Source: the human T2T-CHM13v2.0 reference genome, Homo sapiens
NCBI RefSeq assembly: GCF_009914755.1
Contig: NC_060925.1
Direction: 5' to 3' (one strand)
Length of the DNA stretch: 64,000 nucleotides
Every line of letters begins with the position of its first letter. Position 1 is the first letter of the stretch. Under the pieces are notes generated by a model. The model did not search any database, was not told where the DNA came from, and saw nothing but the letters and a program-made list of their open reading frames with translations. Both the position numbers and the translations under genes were made by a program. Shown here piece after piece: positions 21,235-35,773 of the stretch.

Positions 21235-21390
21235 TGAATAGCTGGGACTACAGATGCGCGCCACCACGCCCAGCTAATTTTTGTATTTTTAGTAAAGATG
21301 GGGTTTCACCATGTTGGCCATGATGGTCTCTATCTTTTGACCTCATGATCCGCCCGCCTCTGCCTCCCAATGCTGGGATTACAGGTGTGA

Positions 21391-21689
<299 letters not shown>

Positions 21690-21700
21690 TAACCCCATAA

Positions 21701-21838
<138 letters not shown>

Positions 21839-21841
21839 TAG

Positions 21842-21994
<153 letters not shown>

Positions 21995-22098
21995 TGAGTA
22001 GAGACAGGGTTTCACCATGTTGCCCAGGATGGTCTCAATCCCTTGACCTTGTGATCTGCCCACCTCGGCCTCCCAAAGTGCTGGGTTTACAGGCATGA

Positions 22099-22813
<715 letters not shown>

Positions 22814-23355
22814 TGAAGTGCTGGGATTATGGGCATGAGCCACTGTGCAGAAAAAATTTTTAATAGTATTTTACCACCAGGGACAGGGACTCATGCCTGT
22901 AATCTCAGTACTTTGGGAGGCTAAGGCGGGAGGATCACTTTAACCTAAGAGTTCAAGGCTGCTGTGAGCTGTAAGTGTGCCACTGTACTCTAGCCTGTGT
23001 GACAGAGCAAGACCCTTTCTCTAAAGTACATACACACACACATACATACATACAGGACTTGGCCTTTCAGCTCCTATATTTGACTGAAGTTCTTCCACTA
23101 TGCACTTATTGTCAGTTCTTGAGATGATGCTCTGGACTTAATAACTTTGATCAGACCTTCTAAACCCAAATTTGAAGTGAGGACCAGACCAGAAAATCTA
23201 GGATACATGATGGCTAGAGACACAGGTGTAGCTTTTAATAGATGCAGGCTAACAGCTGCCATTTTCCCATTCTCTAGATACATTATTCTATTTTCATCTT
23301 CCCCAGAACCCTGCAAGGCAGTGCTTTCACTTCCTGAAAGAAACTGGCAGGATAG

Positions 23356-23592
<237 letters not shown>

Positions 23593-24497
23593 CCAGGCCA
23601 AAGGACAAGCCAGGTTGCATGATGTGAGGGAGATGAGAGACTCCTTTTTAAAAATTGTGAAACCTTTTTGGAAATATGATTTGTAAGATTTTAATAATGA
23701 CTGTTTTTGGAGATCATGAATGTTTCTACAACACTGCTGCATTCATTTGACCATTTGAGTTTGAAGACCAAGGGAACAACTTTTAAACAAGGTTCAAATT
23801 GGTTTCCTTCACAGGAATCCTTTGTCCAGGTAGTTATCCACATAGGACAGTTTGGGATTATCCAAAACTGGGATGAGCAGCTTGGGATAATTCACACACT
23901 AAAGCCTGAGTTCAAGGTTTCTCAGTTGACAGGTAGGTATGTAAATCAGGGTTCTCTGGAGTATTTGTAGGACCTGCCATATTTGAGTCCTAACTTGGTG
24001 CAAGTCTGGCAGCTAGGTAGAAAAGGCACTCTAGCAGGTGTGGTAGGAGCACGCCCCAGAAGGTAGAATGTGGTGGGGTGTGATGGAACAGGCCAGTTGG
24101 CCTAAGAATTAGTACTTGCTCTAATAATGGGTTTCATCTATTTTCATGAGTTGCAGCATCTGCATATACAAGGCCTGGATCACTTTAGGATCAATATTTT
24201 GACACGGGAGAAGGCAGCTCAGAAAGGATTAAGGAAGATAGCTCAAAGCCAAAGCAGACCCTCCGTGTGAACTTTATACTGCTCACTTCCGTGTTTCCCA
24301 AGTAAATGGGGAAACTGTCCAACCTTGTCATGTGTTGGGACTTACTGCTTGAGGCAAAGCATTCATCCTACATCATAAAAAATCTCCAAAGATCTCTTTA
24401 AGGGCTGGGCATGGTGGCTCACTTTGGGAGATGGATTGCTTGAGCTCGGGAAGAGACCAGTTCGGTCTCTACAAAAAAATACAAACACAAATATACT

Positions 24498-24526
24498 TTT
24501 ATTAGTCTTTTTATTCTTCTTTTATT
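24498..24526 (-). terminator. Three tandem AATAAA polyadenylation signals of SNHG12
   Basis: tttatt on the + strand at 24498-24503, 24510-24515 and 24521-24526, inside the last SNHG12 exon. Confidence 0.8.
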
Positions 24527-24704
24527 GATCACCTCTGAAGTTCAGTAGCACACTGCATAATTTTTTGCATTAGCATGCTGTTGTTTCTACCTAAAATGAC
24601 CGGGGTCCTTGCCTTCTGCTTCCCATAGAGATTGTCCTGCAAAGGAAGTGTAAGCCATTGTGTTACTAATTCCCAGATTTCCCCCACCCAGACATTTTCC
24701 TAGG

Positions 24705-24778
24705 AGCTGGTCTCAGTCCCATATCCGCATTTCTCATCCATGGATGTCCACTCAAATTAGGTTTCATCCTGGACCAGT
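24705..24778 (-). ncRNA. SNORD99: Box C/D snoRNA SNORD99
   Basis: Minus strand reads ACTGGTCCAGGATGA...GGGACTGAGACCAGCT. It has a variant C box (AGGATGA), D box CTGA and terminal stem CTGGTC/GACCAG. The 3' end is 68 nt upstream of the acceptor at 24637, typical C/D spacing. Confidence 0.93.
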
Positions 24779-25719
24779 CATTCTAAATACAGTGTGTGCT
24801 ACATGGAACCCCTTGTTTCTACCCCACTCTCAACTCTCCCTAATGCTGAGAGACGTCCCACCAAAGAATGCATCATGAGCTCCAGCCACCACTGAACATT
24901 TGTGGCTACCAGGCCTTGTGGCCCACGGTGCCCTCTGATGCCTTCAATGCATTTTAGGGTGGGTAAATCATGTTCTAACCATCTTTGCCCTCTGGTAATG
25001 AATAGCTAAGGGCACACGAGGGAGGCCAAATGTAAATGTTACTAAGATGCTAAGACTTTCTGGCCCGGCACAGTGGTTCATGCCTGTAATCCTAGCACTT
25101 TGGTAGGCCAAGGCAGGCAGATCACTTGGGGTCAGGAGTTCAAGACTGCCCTGGGCAACGTGGTGAAACCCTGTCTCTACTAAAAATACAAAAATTAGCC
25201 AGACATAGTGGTGCGTGCTTATAGTCCCAGCTACTCAGGAGGCTGAGGCAGGAGAATCACTTGAACCTGGGAGGCAATTAGCCAAGATTGTGCCACTGCA
25301 CTCCAGCCTGGGTGACAGAAAGACCCTGTCTCAAAAAAAAAAAAAAAAAAAGCTGTAACTTTGACACAGACCTAAGTAACCTTATAGTTCTATTAGGTTG
25401 ACTACTTAGGACAGGATCCCAGATAGTTGAGCACTACCTGCAGCTACACACCAAGTTGTGACAAAGCTTTGGGTAGTCACTAACTTACCCAACTCCATAG
25501 GTCCATAGTCACAAATGAGGACAGCTTTACATGTAACATGAATCTAAAAGAAAAAAACACCACCCTTAATTAAGAGGCAAGGAAGCTATGACAGATCCCT
25601 CCCAAATGCAGTAATAGGTCAGCTATTACTATACCAACCTCCAGAGCTTCACACGCATCCTTCCCTTAGCCTAAGATTATACTTCATTTTACAATTTCAG
25701 AGATCCAACCATCTCTGAA

Positions 25720-25849
25720 ACCTGTCTGAAACTAGCCCACATGCCATATACCAGATTACAACATTTAGGCCAGCTTCACTATTACTTTTCCTCCTTTTAC
25801 GACCACCAAGACCAGTGTTCAGATCCGATGGGAAAGGGATCAGGAGGAT
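25720..25849 (-). ncRNA. SNORA61: Box H/ACA snoRNA SNORA61 (ACA61)
   Basis: ATCCTCCTGATCCC...AGGAGGA hairpin, H box AAAGTA, and ACA followed by GGT at the 3' end. Intronic in SNHG12. Confidence 0.9.
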
Positions 25850-26050
25850 TAAGCTGATCAACTTTACCTTAAAGCACAGCTCCAGAAACAAGCTCACCTC
25901 CTCAGTATCACACACTGCCAGGAAACTTGGGGGCAACCTGCAGAACAAAAAGCTTAGCGTGAAAACTAAACTGGCCAGGAGCGGTGGCTCATGCCTGTAA
26001 TCCCAGCACTTTGGAAGGGGAGGCCGAGTCGGGCGGATCACCCGAGGTCA

Positions 26051-26468
<418 letters not shown>

Positions 26469-26875
26469 TTCTGTCCCACCAGGCAGCCCCCAGTTAGTCT
26501 CCAAAAGAAACCTACCAGGTCCCCTGCATTTCATCACTGTCATTACCCCGGAAGTCCTCGATCACCAGAAAAATCACCTTCTGTCATCTTAAGAGTCTTC
26601 ATCTGGACAGCAAAATGAGAACAACTGTCATGAACAATTTTATTGTTCCCATCATTTGGTCCTCAGAATGATACAAATCTGACCAGCCTTTGGTCCCAAT
26701 ACTGATGCCTTAAGCTATCAGTTAAGCTGTGTCACATCCCAGCTGGATTTTCCCAGTACGAGTCTTATGCTGGTTAACTGTACATGCAAACCCCCAACCG
26801 TTCTGCTGTTCTGTGGAAACAAGCCCATTTTGATAAAGGTCTCTGGCTACAGCTGAAAGGTGGCAGGTACAATGG

Positions 26876-27009
26876 AACTGTATTTTCCCAAAATGTTGCA
26901 GATCAGTTACAACAAACAGAACGGCGACCGTCAAGGAAAACTGTCACTCTGGGCTCCTTTTTGACCACAGCAGCTATGCGGAAGCAGCTGCAGCTTCGAT
27001 AAGGGCCAA
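26876..27009 (-). ncRNA. SNORA16A: Box H/ACA snoRNA SNORA16A (ACA16)
   Basis: Minus strand reads TTGGCCCTTATCGAAGC...TTTTCC...GGAAAATACAGTT. It has two hairpins and ACA plus 3 nt. Intronic in SNHG12. Confidence 0.9.
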
Positions 27010-27399
27010 GGGGCAATTCAGATCCCAGGGCGGCCGCCTAAAGCCTCACCTGTCCATCATTACTACCTGCTTAAGTACGCCGGGATCTCTGTAGACTAAG
27101 TCAGTCATCCTGTAGGCCCCACTGCCCACGCTGTGCCAATAGCTGGTGTGCTTTTTCTCAGTCTTGATGGGACCGTTTTATCCGCCTATTACAGGTAAGA
27201 GGTTTAGACCGATTAAGTTACTTCCTGAAGGTCGCTTAGTCACTTAGCGAGGCTGAAAGCAACAAGCTGGGATGCACGCAAGGGTCTGAATGCCTAAAAC
27301 CCGTCCTTCTGAAAACCGTGTCTACCAGGGCGACCTCCAGAGGTCTCGCGCGTAGTCACCAGTCCCAAAATCACCTAGCTGGTAAATGTCACAGATTCA

Positions 27400-28250
27400 A
27401 CTGGAGGCCATCCTGACACCAGCATGCGGCCTCCCCCTGAATTAAGACACTTCAGGCCCAGGGATTCATCCCCGCATCCCCCAGGAGACCGGTTCCCAAA
27501 CCCCCACCCCTTCCGTAAACCCGGCCGCCTGCCTGCAACACTCACCTGTCAGCCCAGAGCGCAGCGTTGCGCAGTCCGAAGCGAGAGAAGGGCGCGGCCC
27601 CCGCGGGCTCCCGCCCCTCTCACTGCCGAGGGGGCCTTTCGGAGCTCGGGCCCACCGGGTTGGAAGGCCCGGCTCCTCCGTGCCACATTCACCACCATCT
27701 CGAGGCCGTGGGAGGAAAAACCCGGCGAGTGCGCGCCAGCAGCAGCGACTAGCGGGGAACGGCGCGCAGGAAGGCAGGCAGAGGCTTGCAGCTAGTAAGT
27801 CGACACCGGGAATGCGGCGGGGAGAAAGGGCGCTGAAGCCGCGAGCAAGAGCTTATATAGGCCGCCCCTCGCGGCCACACCCGACAGTAGGCCGCCCGCG
27901 TGGCGCACAGCTGCCTGGGAGTTGTAGTTTGCTCGCCCCGGCGTTGTCCGCGCGTCACCTCCCCAGCCCTACGCGCGTGTCCATCCCGAGCCCGCGAAGC
28001 GAGAACCGCCAGAGGCTTTCCTCCGAGCGGAAGAAGCGCCTTCACCTTTCAGTGCCCGGCGCTGGGCCCACGCAGGAAGCCGACCCGCCTTGGCCTCTGG
28101 AGTTGTCTCTGGGATGTCTTTCAGTCTGGAAATGAACCCTGTGTGCTGGGAAAGGGCTCGGGCTCCGCTCCGAGCTCAGTGGGCGTGCGAGCGAGCAGCG
28201 CCTGAGTGGGTTTCGGGGAGGGGGTCATACTCCCCGAAAGGCGATTTATT
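27400..28250. promoter_or_regulatory. CpG island at the SNHG12 promoter
   Basis: High GC content and dense unmutated CpG outside repeats. Limits approximate. Confidence 0.85.
27819..27930 (-). promoter_or_regulatory. SNHG12 core promoter: 5'TOP/TCT start CTTTCTCCCC (27828-27819), TATATAA (27859-27853), ZNF143/Staf site AAACTACAACTCCCAGGCAGC (27930-27910)
   Basis: The TATA box begins 31 nt upstream of the pyrimidine-tract C, and the ACTACAnnTCCCA motif is canonical. A 5'TOP start is typical of snoRNA host genes. Confidence 0.85.
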
Positions 28251-28488
28251 CAAGGCTTGTCTCTTCCACTAATATGTAATTTTACTGAGCGCGTGCTATT
28301 TTAACTGTGTCTGATTATCTGATCTAGTTTTCATAAAAACCCTGTGTACGCTCTGTGGACAAATAAGGAAACTTAGGAATGGATCACACAGCTATCGCAA
28401 GCGAGGAGAGGACTGGAATTTGGAGCCCACCCCAGGCACCACACATAGCGCAATGTTTTGCCCATGGAATGAATAAGCCTCAGTATGA

Positions 28489-28860
<372 letters not shown>

Positions 28861-28862
28861 TA

Positions 28863-29066
<204 letters not shown>

Positions 29067-29339
29067 TTAGCAGGTCGTGGGGGCGCATGCCTGTGGTCCT
29101 GGACTCCTCTCTTTCTCTAACATCACATGTCCAAGCCATCAGCAACTCCTGTGTGCTCTACCTTTAAAATGTATCAATAATCTGACTGTTTCTTACCCCT
29201 TCCACTGATGTTACCCTAATCGTTGACCCAGATGATAGCAATAGTCTCTTATCTCCCAGATCCTGCTGTTGCTCCCGACAGTCTGGTCTCCACACGCCAG
29301 CCAGCCTGCTAAAAGTTTTTTAATTTTTATGAAGTCTAA

Positions 29340-29682
<343 letters not shown>

Positions 29683-29790
29683 TAAAAGCTTAATAATTAT
29701 GCTGGGCGCGGTGGCTCCCACCTGTAATTCCAGCACTTTGGGAGTCCGAGGGGGCAGATAACCTGAGGTCAGGATTTCAAGTCCAGCCTA

Positions 29791-29979
<189 letters not shown>

Positions 29980-30183
29980 TCAAAAAAAAAAGAAAAAAAG
30001 TAAAATTATTAAACTTTTTTTTTTTTTTTTGGAGATGAAGTCTCGCTTTTTCGCCCAGGCTTGTGCAGTTTATTCTGTGTCAATTATGCCTCAATAAAGC
30101 TGTCAAAAAACCATTAAGAAAAAATGTATATCTCCCAGGCGCAGTAGCTCCCACCAATTCGGGAGGCCAAGGCAGGTGGATTA

Positions 30184-30430
<247 letters not shown>

Positions 30431-30895
30431 CTATCTATATCTATGTGTGTGTATATATAGATAGATAGATATACATATTATATTAAGGCAGATGCAGTGG
30501 ATCACCTGTAGTCCAGCTACTTGGGAAGCTGAAACAGGAGGATCACTTCTGTCCAGGAGCTGGAGGTCAGCCTGGGCAACAAAGTGAGACCCTGCCTTTA
30601 AAAATAAATAAGGCCAGGCACAGTAACTCATGCCTGTAATCCCAGCACTTTGGGAGGCCAAGGCGGGTGGGTCACGAGATCAGGAGTTCAAGACCAGCCT
30701 GGCCAAGATGGTGAAACCCCGTCTCTACTAAAAATATAAAAAATTAACCAGACATGGTGGCGGGCGCCTATAATCCCAGCTACTCGGGAGGCTGAGGCAG
30801 AGGTTGCAGTGAACCGAGATCGTGCCACTGCATTCCAGTCTGGGCAACAGATCAATATTCCATCTCAAAAGTAATAATAAAATAAAAGTAAATAA

Positions 30896-31042
<147 letters not shown>

Positions 31043-31976
31043 TAGCTGGGATTACAGGCACCTGCCCCCAGGCCCGGCTAATTTTTTGTATTTTTAGTAG
31101 AGACGGGGCTTCTCCATGTTGGTCAGGCTGGTCTTGAACTCCCGACCCCAGGTGACCTACCTGCCTTGGCCTCCCAAAGTGCTGGGATTACAGGCATGAG
31201 CCAGGCCTAAAAAACATTTATATCATGTTATTCACTTGCTCAGAAATCTCCCATGACTTCCCAACACACTTAGAATAAAAACGGCAATCTCCATAATGGT
31301 CTCCAAGGTCATACGTGATCAGGCTCCTCCTCCTTCCTGCCCTCATCACGCACCACTTGCTCCCTCACTCAGTCAGCTCCATCTTCCTGGACTCTTTGCT
31401 CTTCTTGAAGCACCCCAGGGCCTTTGCTCTTGCCTGGAACTCGCCCCACCTGAATATCACAGACAATCACACTTCTTAAGCCTCACTTCCCCTGGGTTTC
31501 TGTCCACACGTCACCTCCTCAGGCCATCCTATTTTGATACAGCACCCCTCCATCCTCCAACCTTCAAGTCACTGCCTCCTTGATTGTTATTTACAGCACT
31601 TAGTGCTTCCTGACATGGTATTATATATGTATTTTGTTTTCTGTTTTCCCTATTAGAATGTGAGCATCCCAAGAGAGCTGGAATTTTGTCTTTTTTCCCC
31701 CCTACTGCTGTATAAATGCCTGGTACATAAAAGATGGCCAGCATTCTTGAAATAATCACCAAGTGGGCCGGGCGCGGTGGCTCACACCTGTAATCCCAGC
31801 ACTTTGGGAGGCCAAGGCGGGCAGAACACGAGGTCAGGAGAGCGAGACTATCCTGGCTAACACAGTGAAACCCTGTCTCTACTAAAAAACAAACAAACAA
31901 AAAAAAAAAACAGGCTGGGCGCAGTGGCTCAGGCCTGTAATCCCAGCACTTTGGGAGGCCAAGGTGGGCGGATCAC

Positions 31977-32405
31977 CATCAGGCCTCTGAGCCCAAGCTA
32001 AGCCATCATATCCACTGTGACCTGCACATATACATCCAGATGGCCTGAAGCAACTGAAGATCCACAAAAGAAGTGAAAATAGCCTTAACTGATGACATTC
32101 CACCATTGTGATTTGTTTCTGCCCACCCTAACTGATCAATGTACTTTGTAATCTCCCCTATGCTTAAGAAGGTTCTTTGTAATTCTCCCCACCCTCAAGA
32201 ATGTACTTTGTGAGATCCACCCCCTGCCCAGAAAACATTGCTCCAAACTCCAGCTATCCCAAAACCTGTAAGAACTAATGATAATCCCACCACACTTTGC
32301 TGACTCTCTTTTCGGACTCAGCCCGCCTGCACCCAGGTGAAATAAACAGCCTTGTTGCTCACACAAAGTCTGTTTGGTGGTCTCTTCACACAGACGCATG
32401 TGACA
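31977..32405 (+). mobile_element. HERV-H LTR7-family solo LTR inserted into an AluY-like element
   Basis: Starts (CA)TCAGGCCTCTGAGCCCAAGCTAAGCCATC, has AATAAA at 32341 and ends ...GCATGTGACA. 5-bp TSD ATCAC/TTCAC. Alu sequence is contiguous across it (GGCGGATCAC|GAGGTCAGG). Confidence 0.92.
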
Positions 32406-32440
32406 TTCACGAGGTCAGGAGATTGAGACCATCCTGGCTA

Positions 32441-32696
<256 letters not shown>

Positions 32697-32870
32697 CTAC
32701 ACGGGACACTGAGGCAGGAGAATCGCTTCAACCTCGGCGGAGGTTGCAGTGAGCCGAGATTGTGCCACTGCACTCCACCCTGGGCAATAGAGTGAGATTC
32801 TATCTCAAAAAAAAAAAAAAAAAATCACCAAGTGAATGAATGAATGAATAAAACTTGGCTGAGGTCACAC

Positions 32871-33352
32871 TGTAGCAGGACGAGCCGCAGAAAAAACCTC
32901 TCAGACACCGAGTTGTAGAAGGAGGGGCTTTATTCAGCTGGGAGCATCGGCAAACTACTGCCTTAAAATCCGAGCTCCCCAAATGCACAATTTCTGTCCC
33001 TTTTAAGGGCTCACAACACTGAAGATTTCACATGAAAGGGTCATGATTGATTTGAGCAAGCAAGGGGTACGTGACAAGGGCTGCATGCACCGGTCGTCAG
33101 AGAGAAACAGAACAGGGTAGGCAGTTTCACAATGTTCTTCTATACAATGTCTGGAATCTATGAATAACATCGGTTTCTAAGTCATAAGTTGATTTTTAAC
33201 TACTAGGTTTAGGCCAGGCAGGCCCAGGTCCGGTTTTGGGCCTGGCGCTGGGCTGCCTGTCTTTGTTTCATTTCCTTTTTTTTTTTTTTAAAAAACAGGT
33301 ACTGAGTATAAAACAATATAAAACAATATGAGAGGGTCTCTCTCTTCCCTCA
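32871..33352 (-). mobile_element. ERV1 3' LTR (LTR15-like, HERV15/RRHERV-I group)
   Basis: Minus strand reads TGAGGGAAGAGAGAGACCC...AATAAA...CGTCCTGCTACA with TG...CA ends. Preceded by polypurine tract AAAGGGGGAAAA (33364-33353). The family name is from memory and less certain than the LTR call. Confidence 0.85.
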
Positions 33353-33381
33353 TTTTCCCCCTTTGAGACTCTCACTTTTTA

Positions 33382-35583
33382 TTAGTGGGAGTACTCACTC
33401 TTATTTTTGCTACTTATGTCTTTTTGTGCAACAGATAGATAGTGATTCATATAGTACACTTGTGCTGAAGCATTTTGGTGAACTAAGGTAGCAATGAAGC
33501 TTTTTATCATTTAAAGAAGTACAGGTAGCAAACAAGGGAGCAGTAAGCAGGTTTTTATTGCTATTATAACTCCTATTATAAGAGTTTTAAATCTTCCTAG
33601 TGCTGGGAACCACCTTCTAAACATGGCTTCAGGGTTGAATCTGTGCTACACTTGCACGGGTACATGTGCCAGTTTTGTTATGTCTTTAACTATGTCCTCA
33701 ACTACTTGCCCCTGATCATCTATGTGTAGACAACAATTAGTAAAGTTAAATTTTCTTTTTTTTTTTTTTTTTTTAAGAGACGGGGTTTCACTGTGTTAGC
33801 CAGGATGGTCTTGATCTCCTGACCTCGTGATCTGCCCACCTCGGCCTCCCAAAGTGCTGGGATTACAGGCGTGAGCCACCGCGCCCAGCCAATAAGGTTA
33901 AATTTTCTACAAATTCCTCCTTCAGCTGCTAGCAAGTAGTCAAGAGCTAGTCTATTTTGATAGATCGCATTTCTCATCAGAGTCTCTTGCCAGGCAAGAA
34001 CAGTCAAGGCTTGACTGGTTTTATTAGTAATAATTTCTAAAACAGCTTGCAACCGTGTGATTCGGTTGAGCATGCAGATGGGGGTTCGATATCCTCATGA
34101 GCCATCTTGTGCCTAAGTGGCGGGTCTATAGTATTGTACGATTCTTTCAGGGGGCCATTCATTATTTTTCTAATCACCTATGGCTATGCTTCGTTTTTCG
34201 TGGGAAGCATAGACTGGGAAGCCTAGAAGTTCACCTGTTTTTATGGGCAGTAAGAAGAAAGATGGCTTAATGGTGCTAATTACACAGCTACCTGTCCACT
34301 GATCAGGCAGCTTAGCATAAGCTCTGTGTCCACATATCCAGTATAACCTGGTGGGGGCCATCCAGTCCCAGTGGAATTCTGGGTGGGCCCAAACAGTCTG
34401 CAACTTTGGAAATTTACTGAATGGATTTCTTTCTGTGTAATTGGAATTCCACCATGTAACTGTTTTTGTGGTACCATTATACAGCTTTTGCCTAAGACAA
34501 CTAAGCCGTCTTACAGGATGAGTGAATCCTTTTCCTTCTCTAGCTATGCAATACTGTCCAATAATTGAGACTTTCAGAACCCAAAAATTGTCAGGGTGGT
34601 TCTTTTGGGCTGGGAATTCATCAGGAACTGGGCCTGTGGGAACTAATTCTCGGGCTTCCCATGGCCATTGATCTCCTGTTACGGTTCTTCTACAAACATA
34701 ACATGAAGTGACATTTAGAGACTGGGCTACATGCTCGGCTAATTTCAAAAACAAATTTTTAGTTTTTCCTGGAATCTCAGATACTGGCACATTTAATTTA
34801 TCATAGAAAGTCTGAAATACTGGTTCTGGAGAGCGTCTTTGAACCTCTCCTTTTATTAGGATGCTTACACTAGGATCTAGTCCTTTTCCATCAATGCCTA
34901 ATGTTACATATTTTCCTTTATTCTACTTTGGGTCTGAGGGGTTTGTGATTATCAATTCTAAAGGGTTGCAGCTCCCACTCATGCAGGAGGGGCTGATTTT
35001 TCCTTTTTGGAGCCAAACAGGATCTTTTTAAATCTTCTTTCCAAGTAGCCCAAATGACACAAGACCAGTATTGACACATCTCACATAAATATGATTTTTG
35101 ACAAATGTACTTATTTTCTGCTGTGTAACTTTTTTCCCAATCTAGAGAACCGCATCCTATCCCATGCTGTTTACTATTAATAGCGGCACAGGCGTCAAAT
35201 TTTAAGGTTACATTTTTGGGGACCCCTCTTTCTTCTGTCCTAGCTATTACTTCACTTGTGTCACCTAGAAAAGGACCAGTCCTTAGTCTTACTTCAAAGA
35301 CTGTGATCATGGGAGGTTCAGAGGGGTCATAGCACACATCGGACTGGTCACTTCCTGGATTACATACTTTGTACTGAATGTTATTGTACGAACAGGTTCC
35401 TTTTGGAGTTCCTAGGCATTCATAAAAACTATAAAATAATAGGGCTGTAGCACTCTTTTGTCCTACCTCAGTGACCTGATGTATATACTGGGAACAGCCC
35501 TCAGTCTGAAGAAGGTCAGTTGAAGTCCTTACTGTACAAGTCCAGATTTTAAGGAAAATGAGTCCCGCGATGAGTTTCCTCAT
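33382..35583 (-). pseudogene. Disrupted gammaretroviral env (HERV-E/ERV3-like group)
   Basis: ORFs 34918..35583, 34170..34790 and 33720..34073 give a signal peptide, SU, an EKR cleavage site and immunosuppressive domain [16 protein letters not shown]. Lesions are a frameshift near 35025, stops at 34923, 34170, 34113 and 34095, and an Alu insertion at 33756-33890. Confidence 0.93.
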
Positions 35584-35605
35584 GCTTTGGCCGCGCGTGG
35601 ACCAG

Positions 35606-35773
35606 TCAGCTTCCGGGTGTGACTGGAACAGGGCTTGCCATCTTCTTCAGAGTCACTTTGCAGGGGTTGGCGAAGCTGCTTCCATCCACGTACAGCTCCC
35701 AGTCTACTGATGTTTAAGGGTGGTCTCGGAGGTTGGGCCTACTAGAATAAACTGAGTCCAACACCTCTACACA
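35606..35773 (-). pseudogene. Residual pol fragment (tether/RNase H start fused to integrase C-terminus)
   Basis: Translates as CVEVLDSVYSSRPNLRDHP*TSVDWELYVDGSSF-ANPCKVTLKKMASPVPVTPGS*. Confidence 0.8.

Noticed and set aside
24452-24470. Short hairpin AGAGACC-AGTTC-GGTCTCT
   Set aside because: Only a 7-bp stem within a degraded, internally deleted Alu monomer, so probably incidental.
23593-24480. SECIS-like element in the TRNAU1AP 3'UTR, given the gene's role in selenocysteine synthesis
   Set aside because: No in-frame TGA in the visible coding exons, and no convincing AUGA/AA/GA stem was identified.
27424-28272. Plus-strand ORFs of up to 151 aa at the SNHG12 promoter
   Set aside because: CpG-island artefacts, low-complexity Arg/Pro/Ala-rich sequence with no family motifs.
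34170-35583. Intact or domesticated syncytin-like env
   Set aside because: A frameshift, four stops and an Alu insertion in TM rule out a full-length fusogenic protein.
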